Shown here piece after piece: positions 1 to 9,835 of a stretch of 64,000 nt of DNA. Both the position numbers and the translations under genes were made by a program. Under the pieces are notes generated by a model that did not search any database, was not told the DNA's origin, and saw only the letters and a list, made by a program, of their open reading frames with translations. The stretch is from Lepidodermella squamata. Taxonomy: Eukaryota > Animalia > Gastrotricha. Location of the stretch: assembly GCA_047495785.1 (NCBI GenBank), contig JBLDXI010000048.1:124001-188000 (forward strand). Reading direction: 5' to 3'. Position 1 is the first letter of the stretch. Every line of letters starts with the position of its first letter.

Positions 1-130
1 AAATTTGAGAAATTGGTGATGGAGTATTACGGGCAACGGGGCGGGTCCGATCTGAGCAGCGGCGAGACGAAATCTCAATCGAACCAGCCGCCAGTTCTTC
101 CGGCGCTCAGTTCTACCCCTCGCCGTGACG

Positions 131-158
131 ATCGCCTTAACCACTCGGCCACCGCGTC
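131..158 (-). pseudogene. Truncated 5' part of a tRNA-Ser-like gene
   Basis: Reverse strand reads GACGCGGTGGCCGAGTGGTTAAGGCGAT (acceptor 5' strand plus D-arm typical of eukaryotic tRNA-Ser), then breaks into unrelated sequence with no anticodon or T arm. Confidence 0.65.
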
Positions 159-264
159 CATGTCAATTACAGGCTGCGTGGCGATCATTGAGCTGGCTTT
201 GATTCAACTATTGGTGTAAGTTACAAGAGCCCGCTGATCGAAATATCGCCTAACCGCGAAATCA

Positions 265-336
265 GCCACGGTAGTATAGTGGTTAGTATTCCTCGTTGTG
301 GCCGAGGTGACCCTGGTTCGACTCCAGGCCGTGGCA
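265..336 (+). tRNA. tRNA-His(GTG)
   Basis: Acceptor GCCACGG/CCGTGGC, anticodon arm CCTCG-TTGTGGC-CGAGG, GTTCGA T-loop, downstream T-tract. Confidence 0.95.
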
Positions 337-435
337 GAGTCACACAGAACTCGAGACAGTGGCAGGCGGTTCAATTTTTTGTATATTTATTGACAGCGCA
401 GCCGGGTTTTTGTAAAAAGCCAAAAAGCTTACAGC

Positions 436-508
436 TGATTCGGGCCGGGATTGAACCGGCGACCTTCTGCGTGTTAGGCAGATGTGATAACCACTACACC
501 ACCGAACC
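436..508 (-). tRNA. tRNA-Val(AAC)
   Basis: Reverse complement GGTTCGGTGGTGTAGTGGTTATCACATCTGCCTAACACGCAGAAGGTCGCCGGTTCAATCCCGGCCCGAATCA folds as a cloverleaf. Confidence 0.95.
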
Positions 509-584
509 GCTCGTGACAGTACTATTAATTCGCGGCGTATTGTCACCTCTATGCATGCCACCTCTTAGACTTTAAAAACGTTAA

Positions 585-668
585 TGTCAGAAGTGGGATT
601 CGAACCCACGCCAGTAGAAACTGACTGCGACCTGAACGCAGCGCCTTGGACCGCTCGGCCATCCTGAC
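585..668 (-). tRNA. tRNA-Leu(CAG)
   Basis: GTCAGGATGGCCGAGCGGTCCAAGGCGCTGCGTTCAGGTCGCAG..., long variable arm, GGTTCGAATCC. Confidence 0.95.
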
Positions 669-816
669 TGACGGAGCGGGATGGGTGCAACGCGCTTAAG
701 TGAGCCCGGCATGTGAATCGAAAGCTACTACTGGCTGAATTTATCTCGAACGCTGCGGCTGCGGCGAGTCTCGAGTGAAGCTGGATAGACGTAAAGCGGA
801 AAGAAGCCGCCAGGAA

Positions 817-898
817 GTCGCTATGCCCGAGTGGTTAAGGGGTCTGACTAGAAATCAGATGCGGTCTCCGCGCGTAGGTTCAAATCCTACTGGCGACG
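817..898 (+). tRNA. tRNA-Ser(AGA)
   Basis: Anticodon arm TCTGA-CTAGAAA-TCAGA, variable arm GCGG-TCT-CCGC, GGTTCAAATCC. Confidence 0.95.
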
Positions 899-981
899 AC
901 TATTTTTGCAATCGCTTCCGTTGCCAATTCCCAAAATGTCAGTTATATGCACACTTTTCTCCCAGATTCTCAAACTGAACG

Positions 982-1054
982 GGCGTTGTGGCGAAATGGC
1001 TATCGCGTCGGACTTCGGATCCGAAGATTGTGGGTTCGAGTCCCATCAGCGTCG
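982..1054 (+). tRNA. tRNA-Arg(TCG)
   Basis: Anticodon arm TCGGA-CTTCGGA-TCCGA, GGTTCGAGTCC. Confidence 0.93.
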
Positions 1055-1150
1055 ACAAATTTTGCACCCGTTGAGGGCGGCTTATTGCCGCTTGGAAATC
1101 AGCAGCATCGAAATCTTCTCCAGCTCTATAAACGGCCGCCATCAACATGG

Positions 1151-1223
1151 GCCTTCCTAGCTCAGTCGGTAGAGCATGTGACTTTTAATCACAGGGTCGG
1201 GGGTTCGAGTCCCCCGGAGGGCG
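1151..1223 (+). tRNA. tRNA-Lys(TTT)
   Basis: TAGCTCAGTCGGTAGAGCA, anticodon arm TGTGA-CTTTTAA-TCACA. Confidence 0.95.
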
Positions 1224-1300
1224 CAAGCTTTTTCAAGTCAATTACCGAAACCGCTGCTATACGAAATCATATTAGCAATAAATCGTCTGGTTACTACCAC

Positions 1301-1373
1301 GGGGGATTAGCTCAAATGGTAGAGCGCTCGCTTAGCATGCGAGAGGTAACGGGATCGACGCCCGTATCCTCCA
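1301..1373 (+). tRNA. tRNA-Ala(AGC)
   Basis: G3:U70 pair, CTCGC-TTAGCAT-GCGAG, eukaryotic Ala-type GATCG T-loop. Confidence 0.95.
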
Positions 1374-1450
1374 ATTTTTCTCGCAGAATTTTACAACCTA
1401 CTAGACTAGACTAGACGAATAGTGCCACTGCTGCAGAAATACCCAGCCTC

Positions 1451-1523
1451 GGCTCAGTAGCTTAGTGGTAGAGCGTCTGCCTAGTAAGCAGAAGATCGAG
1501 GGTTCGATCCCCCCCCTGAGCCT
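1451..1523 (+). tRNA. tRNA-Thr(AGT), T-stem imperfect
   Basis: TCTGC-CTAGTAA-GCAGA; T-stem GAGGG faces a run of 8 C (one mismatch and one extra C). Confidence 0.85.
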
Positions 1524-1598
1524 TGCTTGACTTTTTCGGCGGCAAGCTCTCTTTTTGCGTACCAAAACCTACAATTGACATTGCAAAGCTCAAAAACT

Positions 1599-1670
1599 TT
1601 CCCTGACCGGGAATCGAACCCGGGCCGCCGCGGTGAAAGCGCGGAATCCTAACCACTAGACCATCAGGGA
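1599..1670 (-). tRNA. tRNA-Glu(TTC)
   Basis: TCCCTGATGGTCTAGTGGTTAGGATTCCGCGCTTTCACCGCGGCGGCCCGGGTTCGATTCCCGGTCAGGGAA. Confidence 0.95.
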
Positions 1671-1763
1671 GCAGCTTCTTCATATGCGCTGTGGCATCAA
1701 CGTAACAGGAATATGTTGACAAAAACTGTGCATGTGCATGAATGGCTTGAATTCAAAAATTAT

Positions 1764-1835
1764 GGGCCCGTTCGGGAATTGAACCCGAGACCTCTCGCAC
1801 CCGAAGCGAGAATCATACCCCTAGACCAACGGGCC
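1764..1835 (-). tRNA. tRNA-Pro(CGG)
   Basis: GGCCCGTTGGTCTAGGGGTATGATTCTCGCTTCGGGTGCGAG... Confidence 0.95.
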
Positions 1836-1920
1836 TCATCTAAAAGTTTTATGGAATTTCTTGCTCTTGAGGGCTGGTTGTTTGCCGTTTTGAAATATCG
1901 CTTTTATGAAAAAAGAAGCT

Positions 1921-1993
1921 CGCCGAGACCCGGGATCGAACCAGGGACCTTTAGATCTTCAGTCTAACGCTCTCCCAACTGAGCTATCTCGGC
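1921..1993 (-). tRNA. tRNA-Phe(GAA)
   Basis: GCCGAGATAGCTCAGTTGGGAGAGCGTTAGACTGAAGATCTAAAGG... Confidence 0.95.
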
Positions 1994-2205
1994 GTGTGCA
2001 ATGTGAACTTCCAGGGGCGAGCTACAGCTTTGAAGGCACACGCCCAAGTCCGAGTTGTGTGCACACTGGCGTTGCAGAGTTCTTTGGCACTGCGCATGGT
2101 TAGCTTCTACCCGAACGGCCTGAACTCCAGCGCAGAAGGCATAAATGACTGTACGAAATTCAAATTAAGAATTATGGCGAACCCTGTCAACATAACTAAC
2201 GTCAA

Positions 2206-2277
2206 GGCCCGTTGGTCTAGGGGTATGATTCTCGCTTTGGGTGCGAGAGGTCTCGGGTTCAAATCCCGGACGGGCCC
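2206..2277 (+). tRNA. tRNA-Pro(TGG)
   Basis: Same body as the Pro(CGG) gene with anticodon TGG. Confidence 0.95.
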
Positions 2278-2357
2278 GATCTTTTTGGTTGATTAGCGAC
2301 ATACGCCTTGCGAGCAGAGGCCTGCGTATTGTTTCAGGCGGGGCAATGAATACAGCG

Positions 2358-2428
2358 GCATCGGTGGTTCAGTGGTAGAATTCTCGCCTGCCACGCGGGA
2401 GGCCCGGGTTCGATTCCCGGCCGATGCA
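2358..2428 (+). tRNA. tRNA-Gly(GCC)
   Basis: GCATCGGTGGTTCAGTGGTAGAATTCTCGCCTGCCACGCGGGAGG... Confidence 0.95.
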
Positions 2429-2510
2429 ACGCACACAATTTTTGAGCAATCTATTTTGAACGGCTTTCAAACCACTAAAGTACTACGTGTCAGCTGCAAT
2501 GAATGTAACG

Positions 2511-2582
2511 TCCTTGGTAGTATAGTGGTTAGTATCCCCGCCTGTCACGCGGGAGACCAGGGTTCGATTCCCTGCCAAGGAG
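2511..2582 (+). tRNA. tRNA-Asp(GTC)
   Basis: TCCTTGGTAGTATAGTGGTTAGTATCCCCGCCTGTCACGCGGGAG... Confidence 0.95.
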
Positions 2583-2645
2583 AACCTTTTTCTCGCTCTT
2601 CGAAAACGCAATCTATTGGAGGATCTAAGAAGTAAAAAGCGAAAT

Positions 2646-2718
2646 CGCCCGATGTGGGGCTCGAACCCACGACCCTGGGATTAAGAGTCCCATGCTCTAC
2701 CGACTGAGCTAACCGGGC
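2646..2718 (-). tRNA. tRNA-Lys(CTT)
   Basis: GCCCGGTTAGCTCAGTCGGTAGAGCATGGGACTCTTAATCCCAGG... Confidence 0.95.
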
Positions 2719-2798
2719 TGAGACAGTGTCATCTAATCTCAAAATTTGAGAAGTAGCAAAGCCTCTGTTGATACAATGATGCTTTCTCTAAAAAAATT

Positions 2799-2871
2799 CG
2801 AGGCTGCCAGGAGTCGAACCTGGAATCTTCTGATCCGTAGTCAGACGCGTTGTCCATTGCGCCACAACCCC
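2799..2871 (-). tRNA. tRNA-Arg(ACG)
   Basis: GGGGTTGTGGCGCAATGGACAACGCGTCTGACTACGGATCAGAAG... Confidence 0.95.
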
Positions 2872-2968
2872 GCTGTGCATTTCGATACAACAGTTGTTCT
2901 CTTGTGGTTTCAGCTTATCCGTACTCGTACCAGGCATTTTCACCGCACTAGAGCTGTTCTTCGTGACA

Positions 2969-2985
2969 GCTTCTGTCGCGCAATT

Positions 2986-3025
<40 letters not shown>

Positions 3026-3042
3026 GAGCCCACCCAGGAGCG
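2969..3042 (+). tRNA. tRNA-Asn(GTT)
   Basis: TTCGG-CTGTTAA-CCGAA anticodon arm, GGTTCGAGCCC. Confidence 0.95.
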
Positions 3043-3174
3043 CATTTGTTTGCAGTTGCAGCCGACGAAAGTGCTCAGACATAAAAGAATGCTCAGCTTT
3101 GTAATTCGTGTCGTTCTATCGCCACGGAGTCGTCATCATGAGAGAATCATGCTACCATAGTGAGTAAAAATTAT

Positions 3175-3203
3175 TGGAAGCTGGCAGGAATCGAGCCTGG
3201 AAA
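3175..3203 (-). pseudogene. Decayed tRNA 3' half (resembles the Arg-ACG gene)
   Basis: GAAGCTGGCAGGAATCGAGCCTGGAA aligns with GAGGCTGCCAGGAGTCGAACCTGGAA at 2800-2825; the rest is not recognisable. Confidence 0.4.
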
Positions 3204-4287
3204 GTTCCAAAACGTAACACGGTAGACATTCTCACTATCTCCGCCTTATGTCGAACATTTGAGCGGGGCGAGGAGAAGTTGTAAATTCATGATTCGTGAT
3301 GGGTCAATTGGAAGTGATGATTTCTGTGATGATTATCAATGGATAATTTTTTAGCGGTGTTAGCGTCAGGCTCTAGGATAGGAACCTTTTGGCAAGCTAT
3401 ACTTGACATACGCGGCCTTTCTGTTTATTTATTATACTCCGCATCATTCATCATCATGCTCTCACGTCAACCGCGTCAGCGAAGGTGCAACGTTGTTCAA
3501 GCGAGTCTAATATCTAATCGCATCGCGTACTCCAGCCGACCAATTAGTGTAGCCCTTTTCAATGCACGAAGTCAGCAGAGAACACTCGCCATCTACAGTG
3601 AAGTACTTGAAAGCAGCGCAATTGCTTCGTGCGGCGCACGCTAAACGGCAAGGCCCTTGACCGATCGGGAAGTACACGGTCTCGATGACATTTGAGTCAG
3701 ATCTGCAGTTGGAAGATGACATTCCGAAAATGACCTCCTCGGGGTTAGTCGCTGAAAACAAACAATATTTTAGAACACGCGGCAAAGTAGTCAATTATTA
3801 CAAATAATAAGCCTACCTTCGGCGTAAGCAGCAATCAGAATAACGGCGATAGCGAATTTGATCGACATAGTGGCTTCGGTTTTATATATCTCGGAGGCGG
3901 AATAACACAAAGTTGAACTTGAGAGATTTGATCATTTTCCTCACTTCAGCCCATGCCTTTTATTGGCGTGTCCCATTCAAACACAGCAAAAACACTTGCG
4001 TCATTGATAGCAGCTGAAACAATGGGCGGTATTACCTTCGCGGAATTTCAGCAATAAACATGTAATAAACGTATAATAGGAATGAGCCATGCATGTACGC
4101 TGCTGGCGAAATGCTTTTCATCTTAACAAAAAGCGGAAACATAATATAGAGCAATGTGGATAACCGGCCAGGTCACATGAATCGATCGCTGGTGCTATTT
4201 ATTTTGACAGATGCTTAACTTGTTTGAAAACACTATCTGCCCGCGTAGCTGGTGTTATACTAAACATCTTAGGTGCAATCTAAAGTA

Positions 4288-5000
4288 CGGATGATAATTT
4301 TTTGCCGAGCATTTTTTTAACAACTCCGTAACCATGATGAATTTTGAGGAGCGGGTTTCACCAGTCACCAAAATCATCGTTAAATTGGGATAAAATTTGA
4401 GAAATTGGTGAGAAATTTGGTGAGAAATTTGGTAAAAAAAAAGTTCATTTGTGAAAAATGCTATTCTGCATCCATGTGATTTGTGGCAACCATTTTTCTT
4501 GTCAGAGGGTTCAGATTTAGTGGAGAGGTGGTCCACTATATAGTCATCCATGTCGCCGATTTCCACAAAAATCAACAATTGCACAACCTGAAACTTGCAG
4601 CTTTGCAAATTTGGTGCAGTCCTCCAGAAATAATGTCAAAACCCATTTGGATCTCATTTCGTTATATTGAGAAACGTTTCTGTCCGGTCCACAGTGAAAT
4701 TCTCGGTTAACGGTGCGGGATTGACATCACGCCATGCTAGGAATATGGTCTAATTTAGCTTTACGACAGGAAAATGACAAAAATTACTAAAACCTGGAAA
4801 ATAGCATTTTTCAAAAATGAACTTTTTCACCAAAAATCACAAGAAGCATTTTTGTCATCAATTTCTCAAATTTTATCCCAATTCGACGAGGATTTTAGGA
4901 AAGTTTACACCAGACTAGATCTATCGAAAATTCATCATCCTCAAAATTCATCATGGTTACGGAGTTATTAAAAAAATGCGAGGCAAAAAATTATCATCCG
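4288..5000. mobile_element. Non-autonomous Tc1/mariner-type TIR element (about 710 bp)
   Basis: Long imperfect terminal inverted repeats CGGATGATAATTTTTTGCC...ACTCCGTAACCATGATGAATTTTGAGGA and their reverse complement at about 4938-5000; TA on both sides (4286-87, 5001-02); no transposase ORF. Confidence 0.85.
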
Positions 5001-5044
5001 TACTAATTGATTCATGGCTAAGCCTCAATAGTATTTATCTGTGA

Positions 5045-6360
5045 GTAGCTGTTGGTAAGATAATGCCTGCTTGTTATTTGTAATGGACTGAGAAAAATTT
5101 CCCTCATTTTAATTATTTCGCTGTGAGTGATGGGAAAATGATAAGTATGTGTGAATTGAAAGAGATAACGTTGCGAAAATAAAACATAACCGGTTCATCG
5201 ATCCATGGCTCGATCGAGCGGGGATTCAACCAATCAGCGCAGAAAGCTATGGCGTCGGTGACTTCCCGCCTTGGAGGAATATAGACACTGTACTAGTATT
5301 CCGAGTTCACTGGCGCCATTCAGCCGATTTCACTGGTAATTTCCAATGGCTTTCCTAACTACGACGATTTCCAGACCTAAATGTTGTCAACACCTTCTAC
5401 CAAGAACTTTCCAGCTACGGAGACATTTGATTTCTGTAATTAAGTATTTCACCAGGTAATCAGTCGTCTAATGGTCGATTTATCACGACTTTTTTATGAC
5501 GAAATCGTTGATTTGCATGCAGAAATTGAAAACCAAACACAACGCATAATCAAAGCTACCATATGATAAGGGACCTTATATTTTATGTTGTGTCTCACAA
5601 AAAAATGTCCTGCAACAATATTGACTTCTTCAAAAAAAATCTGTCTTGGATATAAGGACCCTCTTCTTACGGCGGCGTGTTTCATTTGTTCTTAATTTTC
5701 TCTCGAAATTAGACCCAAGGTCGATCTATTTTTCAAAAAGAATTGAGAGAAATACATTTTTATGCACTCGCATTTTCGTACAGTCCAAAATAACCACATT
5801 TTCACCTGAACTTCAGGGTCATGTCCGGCAAAACCCAATCGTCAGCGTTTCATTTTTCTTGGCATGGGAGATATGAGGGGGTCCCGCATCACGTTAAGCC
5901 TACTTTCGAAGAGTACAAGAGACGGGCAACCCTATGCAACAAACTCTGTGCTATTATCATACGGCATTTCCAAGCTATTCGCTGCAAACCCGAAGTGATT
6001 AAAGTAAACCTGTCCACGATTTCCCTGCGCTGCGGTCTATCAATTTCTAAACTCCGAAAAACACCCCCAAAATACCTTTCGTTCCAGCATCGGCCAGTTC
6101 ATCTGTGAATCGATACTTTCGCCGTACATTAATTTCTGTCGCATTGCTTCAACTTGCTTTTTGCGATAATCTCGCAGCATTTTTCGCTATCTCCTCAGGT
6201 CATAGCGATTGTTTGCTCACTCTATTTATCTATTGTTTTTGCCTTTTTCTCAGTTTTTGCTTTATCCTCGTTTAAAATACATTATCAAACTAGCCACAGG
6301 GTAGAAGCCGTTGTGGTAAGACAATGCCTACTTGTTATATGTAATGGACGGAGAAAAAAT
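5045..6360. repeat. Pair of about 55-bp imperfect direct repeats (about 5045-5100 and 6301-6360)
   Basis: TGGTAAGA(T/C)AATGCCT(G/A)CTTGTTAT(T/A)TGTAATGGAC(T/G)GAGAAAAA occurs twice, about 1.26 kb apart. Confidence 0.7.
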
Positions 6361-6474
6361 GGTCGACTTTCTATTTATTCGAAAATTCCTATCCCCCCTT
6401 TGAAAGATTCCACTAGTATAGGGTGAGTACAACCACATGCATTGATTTTAGGTAATTAACTATTATTTGAGAAC

Positions 6475-7152
6475 ATGTCAAAAGACGGATCTAGCGGTGA
6501 GAAAAAGGACCGAAAAGTTGGCTGGTTTGCCTATCGCGTTCCGATTTTCATTCAAATCGCAACTGCTGTCGCCATTTTCGCCACCGGCCTTCAAGCGGTC
6601 GATAACCACGACCTGAAATATGCCGGGACAGGCAAGTTAGACGCCAGACTGGGCCTAGCCCTGCGATGCCTAACCTTTTCGATAACCCCGCTCTTTTTCA
6701 TGGTGGCCGCCGTGACAATGGGCCGGCTGTTCACGCCGGCTATCGACCCTGCATCAGGCAATGAAGCCTTCGTTGCGATGAACAGCCGCATTTTGGTCAA
6801 CACATTCGAGCAATTCATTCTCCATGCATTTGTCCTTCTTTCACTCAGCACTATCCTGAACGAGACGACTTCAAAGTAAACTTATATTGCAAATAATTTC
6901 CATTTTAGTCCTTTTTAATACTATGCTTTTAACTTAACCATCAGGTTCCTTCCGTTCCTATCGCTGATTTTCGTGCTCGGCCGAGTTGCGTTTTTCATCG
7001 GCTACCAAGTCGATCCGAGAGGCCGCGCCCTCGGCTTCGCACTCACCCAGCTGCCCACCCTGTTCGGCCTCGTCTACATCCTTTCCCACCTGTACAAGGG
7101 CGGAGTGGTTGGCTTGGCTGATTTCAACAAACCACTTGGAACCACTGCTTAG
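6475..7152 (+). CDS. TMEM79-like / MAPEG-family membrane protein (2 exons: 6475-6875, 6945-7152)
   Basis: Four hydrophobic segments, NTFEQF motif, GRVAFFIGY..DPRGRALGF; GT-AG intron keeps the frame. Confidence 0.8.
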
Positions 7153-7714
7153 ACAATTTCGAACATCGCTGGCTGAGGTTATAGGCAATATTTCATGTGC
7201 CACGTCCTCGTTTAATTGACAACTGAAATCCAATAAAAAGACGAATTTATCAGCAAATAATACGGTCTTTTATTTCATCGCATGAAAGAAGTTCAACAAA
7301 ACATGGCTAACAAAACGGCTAGGCTGTACTACAACTAGCAATTAAATAAAAAACGAACGCAAGTATCAATCGCGAATTCGACACGATTATTCACAATTCG
7401 TATAAAAAGGAAGTCGAATGCATCTCTTTCTTTCGCAAATTACAACATCGAATTTTTCGGACCTATCAACGCTTTCGATCGAAAATCGACCAAGGCTTGA
7501 GTTTTCAGCCAATTTCAATTTTCCACAAAATTGAAGATTTAAAAAAATCTGACAAGTTTCTTTAAAACAATAGAATTTTTCCAAAGAATTTTTTCCGGAA
7601 ATTTAAAATTTTCTAAGGAAATTCAACAATTTTAAAAATCTTAAATTTTCGGGAATTTCAGCTGAAATTAAGAAAAAATTGATTTTATCCGGAAAATTCG
7701 ATATTGATGAGCTC

Positions 7715-9429
7715 TCAACAAGCATCATCATCAAGCCACCCGTTATCTGTCATGAGGCCAATAATCGCGCGTCGATGGGCCGGGTCGAGGCCGGGCGGGT
7801 AGCGCAATTTGACGGCGCAGCCACGCCGCCTCGCGAGGTAGTCCTTCAAAATGGCCGTTTTCACGCCGAAATACTGCTTGTAGGACATTTTCATCGAGTG
7901 GCACATCTTGCGCTCGCGCTCCGTCATCATGTCCGCGAGTTCGGGCGCGTAGTCGTCGTAGCCGGTGGGCGACGCTGCCGACGACCGCGTCGGGTAGGAC
8001 CGCGTTGGCGATTCGACTCGGTTCGTCTGAGGCGAAACGGGCCGAGGCGAGCGTTTCACTTCGGCGATTTCAGCCATCTTCTTCGCGCCATTTCTGGCGC
8101 TTTTGACAGGCGAAGGCGATGGAGACGATTTTTCTTCTGAAATCAGAAATATTCGATGAAAATTCCCAGTTTATTAGAGAATTCATTGTTAGAAAAATTG
8201 AATACAAGCGTTTAAATGGATCACAAATTTCAAATAAATTCAGCATACGTTTGAGCTTGGTGACGCCCTGGCGTTTGAGATTCGACAGTTGTTTGACTCG
8301 GTCGCGCAGTTGCTTCTCCTTTTTGAGACTCTCGATTAAACTTCGCATCTCCTCGGCCGATTTGTACCGCGACAACGGCCGCAAATATTCGAAGCTAAAA
8401 ATTTCAAATAATTTAAATAATCAAAATTTATCAGAAAATTAATGACCAACTTTGAGAATATATCGTTTTTGGAAGGCTGCGCCTGGCTTTGCTGCGCCAT
8501 TTCTTTCGAGTCTTTCGACCGTTTTCCCGACGGCGGCGCGGTATTCGAGGTAGAAGCCGAAGGCTCAGCTGCGGCTGGGATTACGAGGCCATAATCACGA
8601 GCCACCATTTTGTGCTTAATTCGATTGTCCAGCCTCAACCGATACCGATCGATTTGCCACACTTTATACGCTGGGAATAAAAATAAAAAAAAATAGCAAA
8701 ATTAAGATTTCAAGATTAATTGGTTTACCTATTTGGTCCTCGTCGTCATCTGCTCGAAAAACGAGATCGGCAACGAGTTGTTCGGCGTTGTGGTCGTATT
8801 CTAGTTCGAAATCATCGCGAAACGGGTAGTAGCCCAACTCGCGCTTCTCATCCAGCGTCATTTCAACAGGCGGCAGCAGCGAAACTAAAAAAACTTATAA
8901 TAAATTAACAGAAATAACTGAAAATATAACAAACTTGGCTGGGCAGGTGTTGAATGGTCCTGAATGTCCATATCGAGTTTATTCGCATTGAAAACACGCC
9001 GCAGATTTCCCTCGACAAACATCGTCACAAAAAATACCGCACATTCTGCAAAAAAATTAAATGATTTTCTGCCATTTTTTCAAATTTTCTCAACAAACCC
9101 TCTGGAGTTCGGCTAGGCACAGATTTCGCAATATTAGTCCAATTTCCGAAGCCGTGATGCTCGACCCCATCCAATAGAGCCAACGTCTCAGATGCTGTCC
9201 ATGTGATAGGTTTGTCGAACAGGCGAAACTGCCCGGCATCCAGCACGAAGTAGTCGTGGTCTTTGCGGTGCGGCCCTGCCTCGGCGCCGGACGCAAAACA
9301 CGCAAGGCACTCGTAGAACTCGTCGCACTGCGCGCATTTCACGCCGACGCCGCCCAATTTTCGCAGGCAGTACGTACAGGGCGGGAAATTTTGCAAAACT
9401 CCACCGCTAGCTTCGTTCGATGAAGCCAT
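7715..9429 (-). CDS. TADA2B: Transcriptional adaptor ADA2 (TADA2B-like), about 6 exons with short introns
   Basis: ZZ zinc finger (CTYC..CAQC..CLACF..GAE.GPH), SANT domain (WTASE..LLDGVEHHGFGNW), LGYYPFRDDFELEYDHNAEQLV, C-terminal SWIRM-like ERKMCHSM. Confidence 0.88.
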
Positions 9430-9835
9430 TTCACCTCATTTTTTCATTAAAATCAGGGGAAAATACCTAAATAAATTTAAAAAATATTGTTGTTTATAAA
9501 TGTTTGCTATTATTTCTTTTCGTCAAAAAATTGCAGTATTAATTTTCGATATTAAAGCAAGAGACAGCCGACAGAAAACGATAATTTATAACACATAACT
9601 CGGAATTTTTCTTTGATGAGCTTGAATTCAATATGGAAGTCAGAACTGGATGGCGATACAGAGACAAAACAGACAGCGAGACAGCACCGCGTATAAAAAC
9701 AAGCGAAAATCGGAAGCGTTGATAATTTTCTACGTAATTCTCGAAAATTGAGTCAGAGTTTAATCGTTTATTCAGCTCAGAGCTAGTAGTAGCAAACAGA
9801 AAAAGGCACATTGGACGTGAAAATTGAACAGAAAA

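Noticed and set aside
13-2991. Many short ORFs over the first 3 kb
   Set aside because: They are translations of tRNA genes and spacers with no coding signal.
265-3042. Regularly spaced similar units resembling a CRISPR-like array
   Set aside because: The similarity is only tRNA A/B boxes; each unit is a distinct cloverleaf and there are no cas genes.
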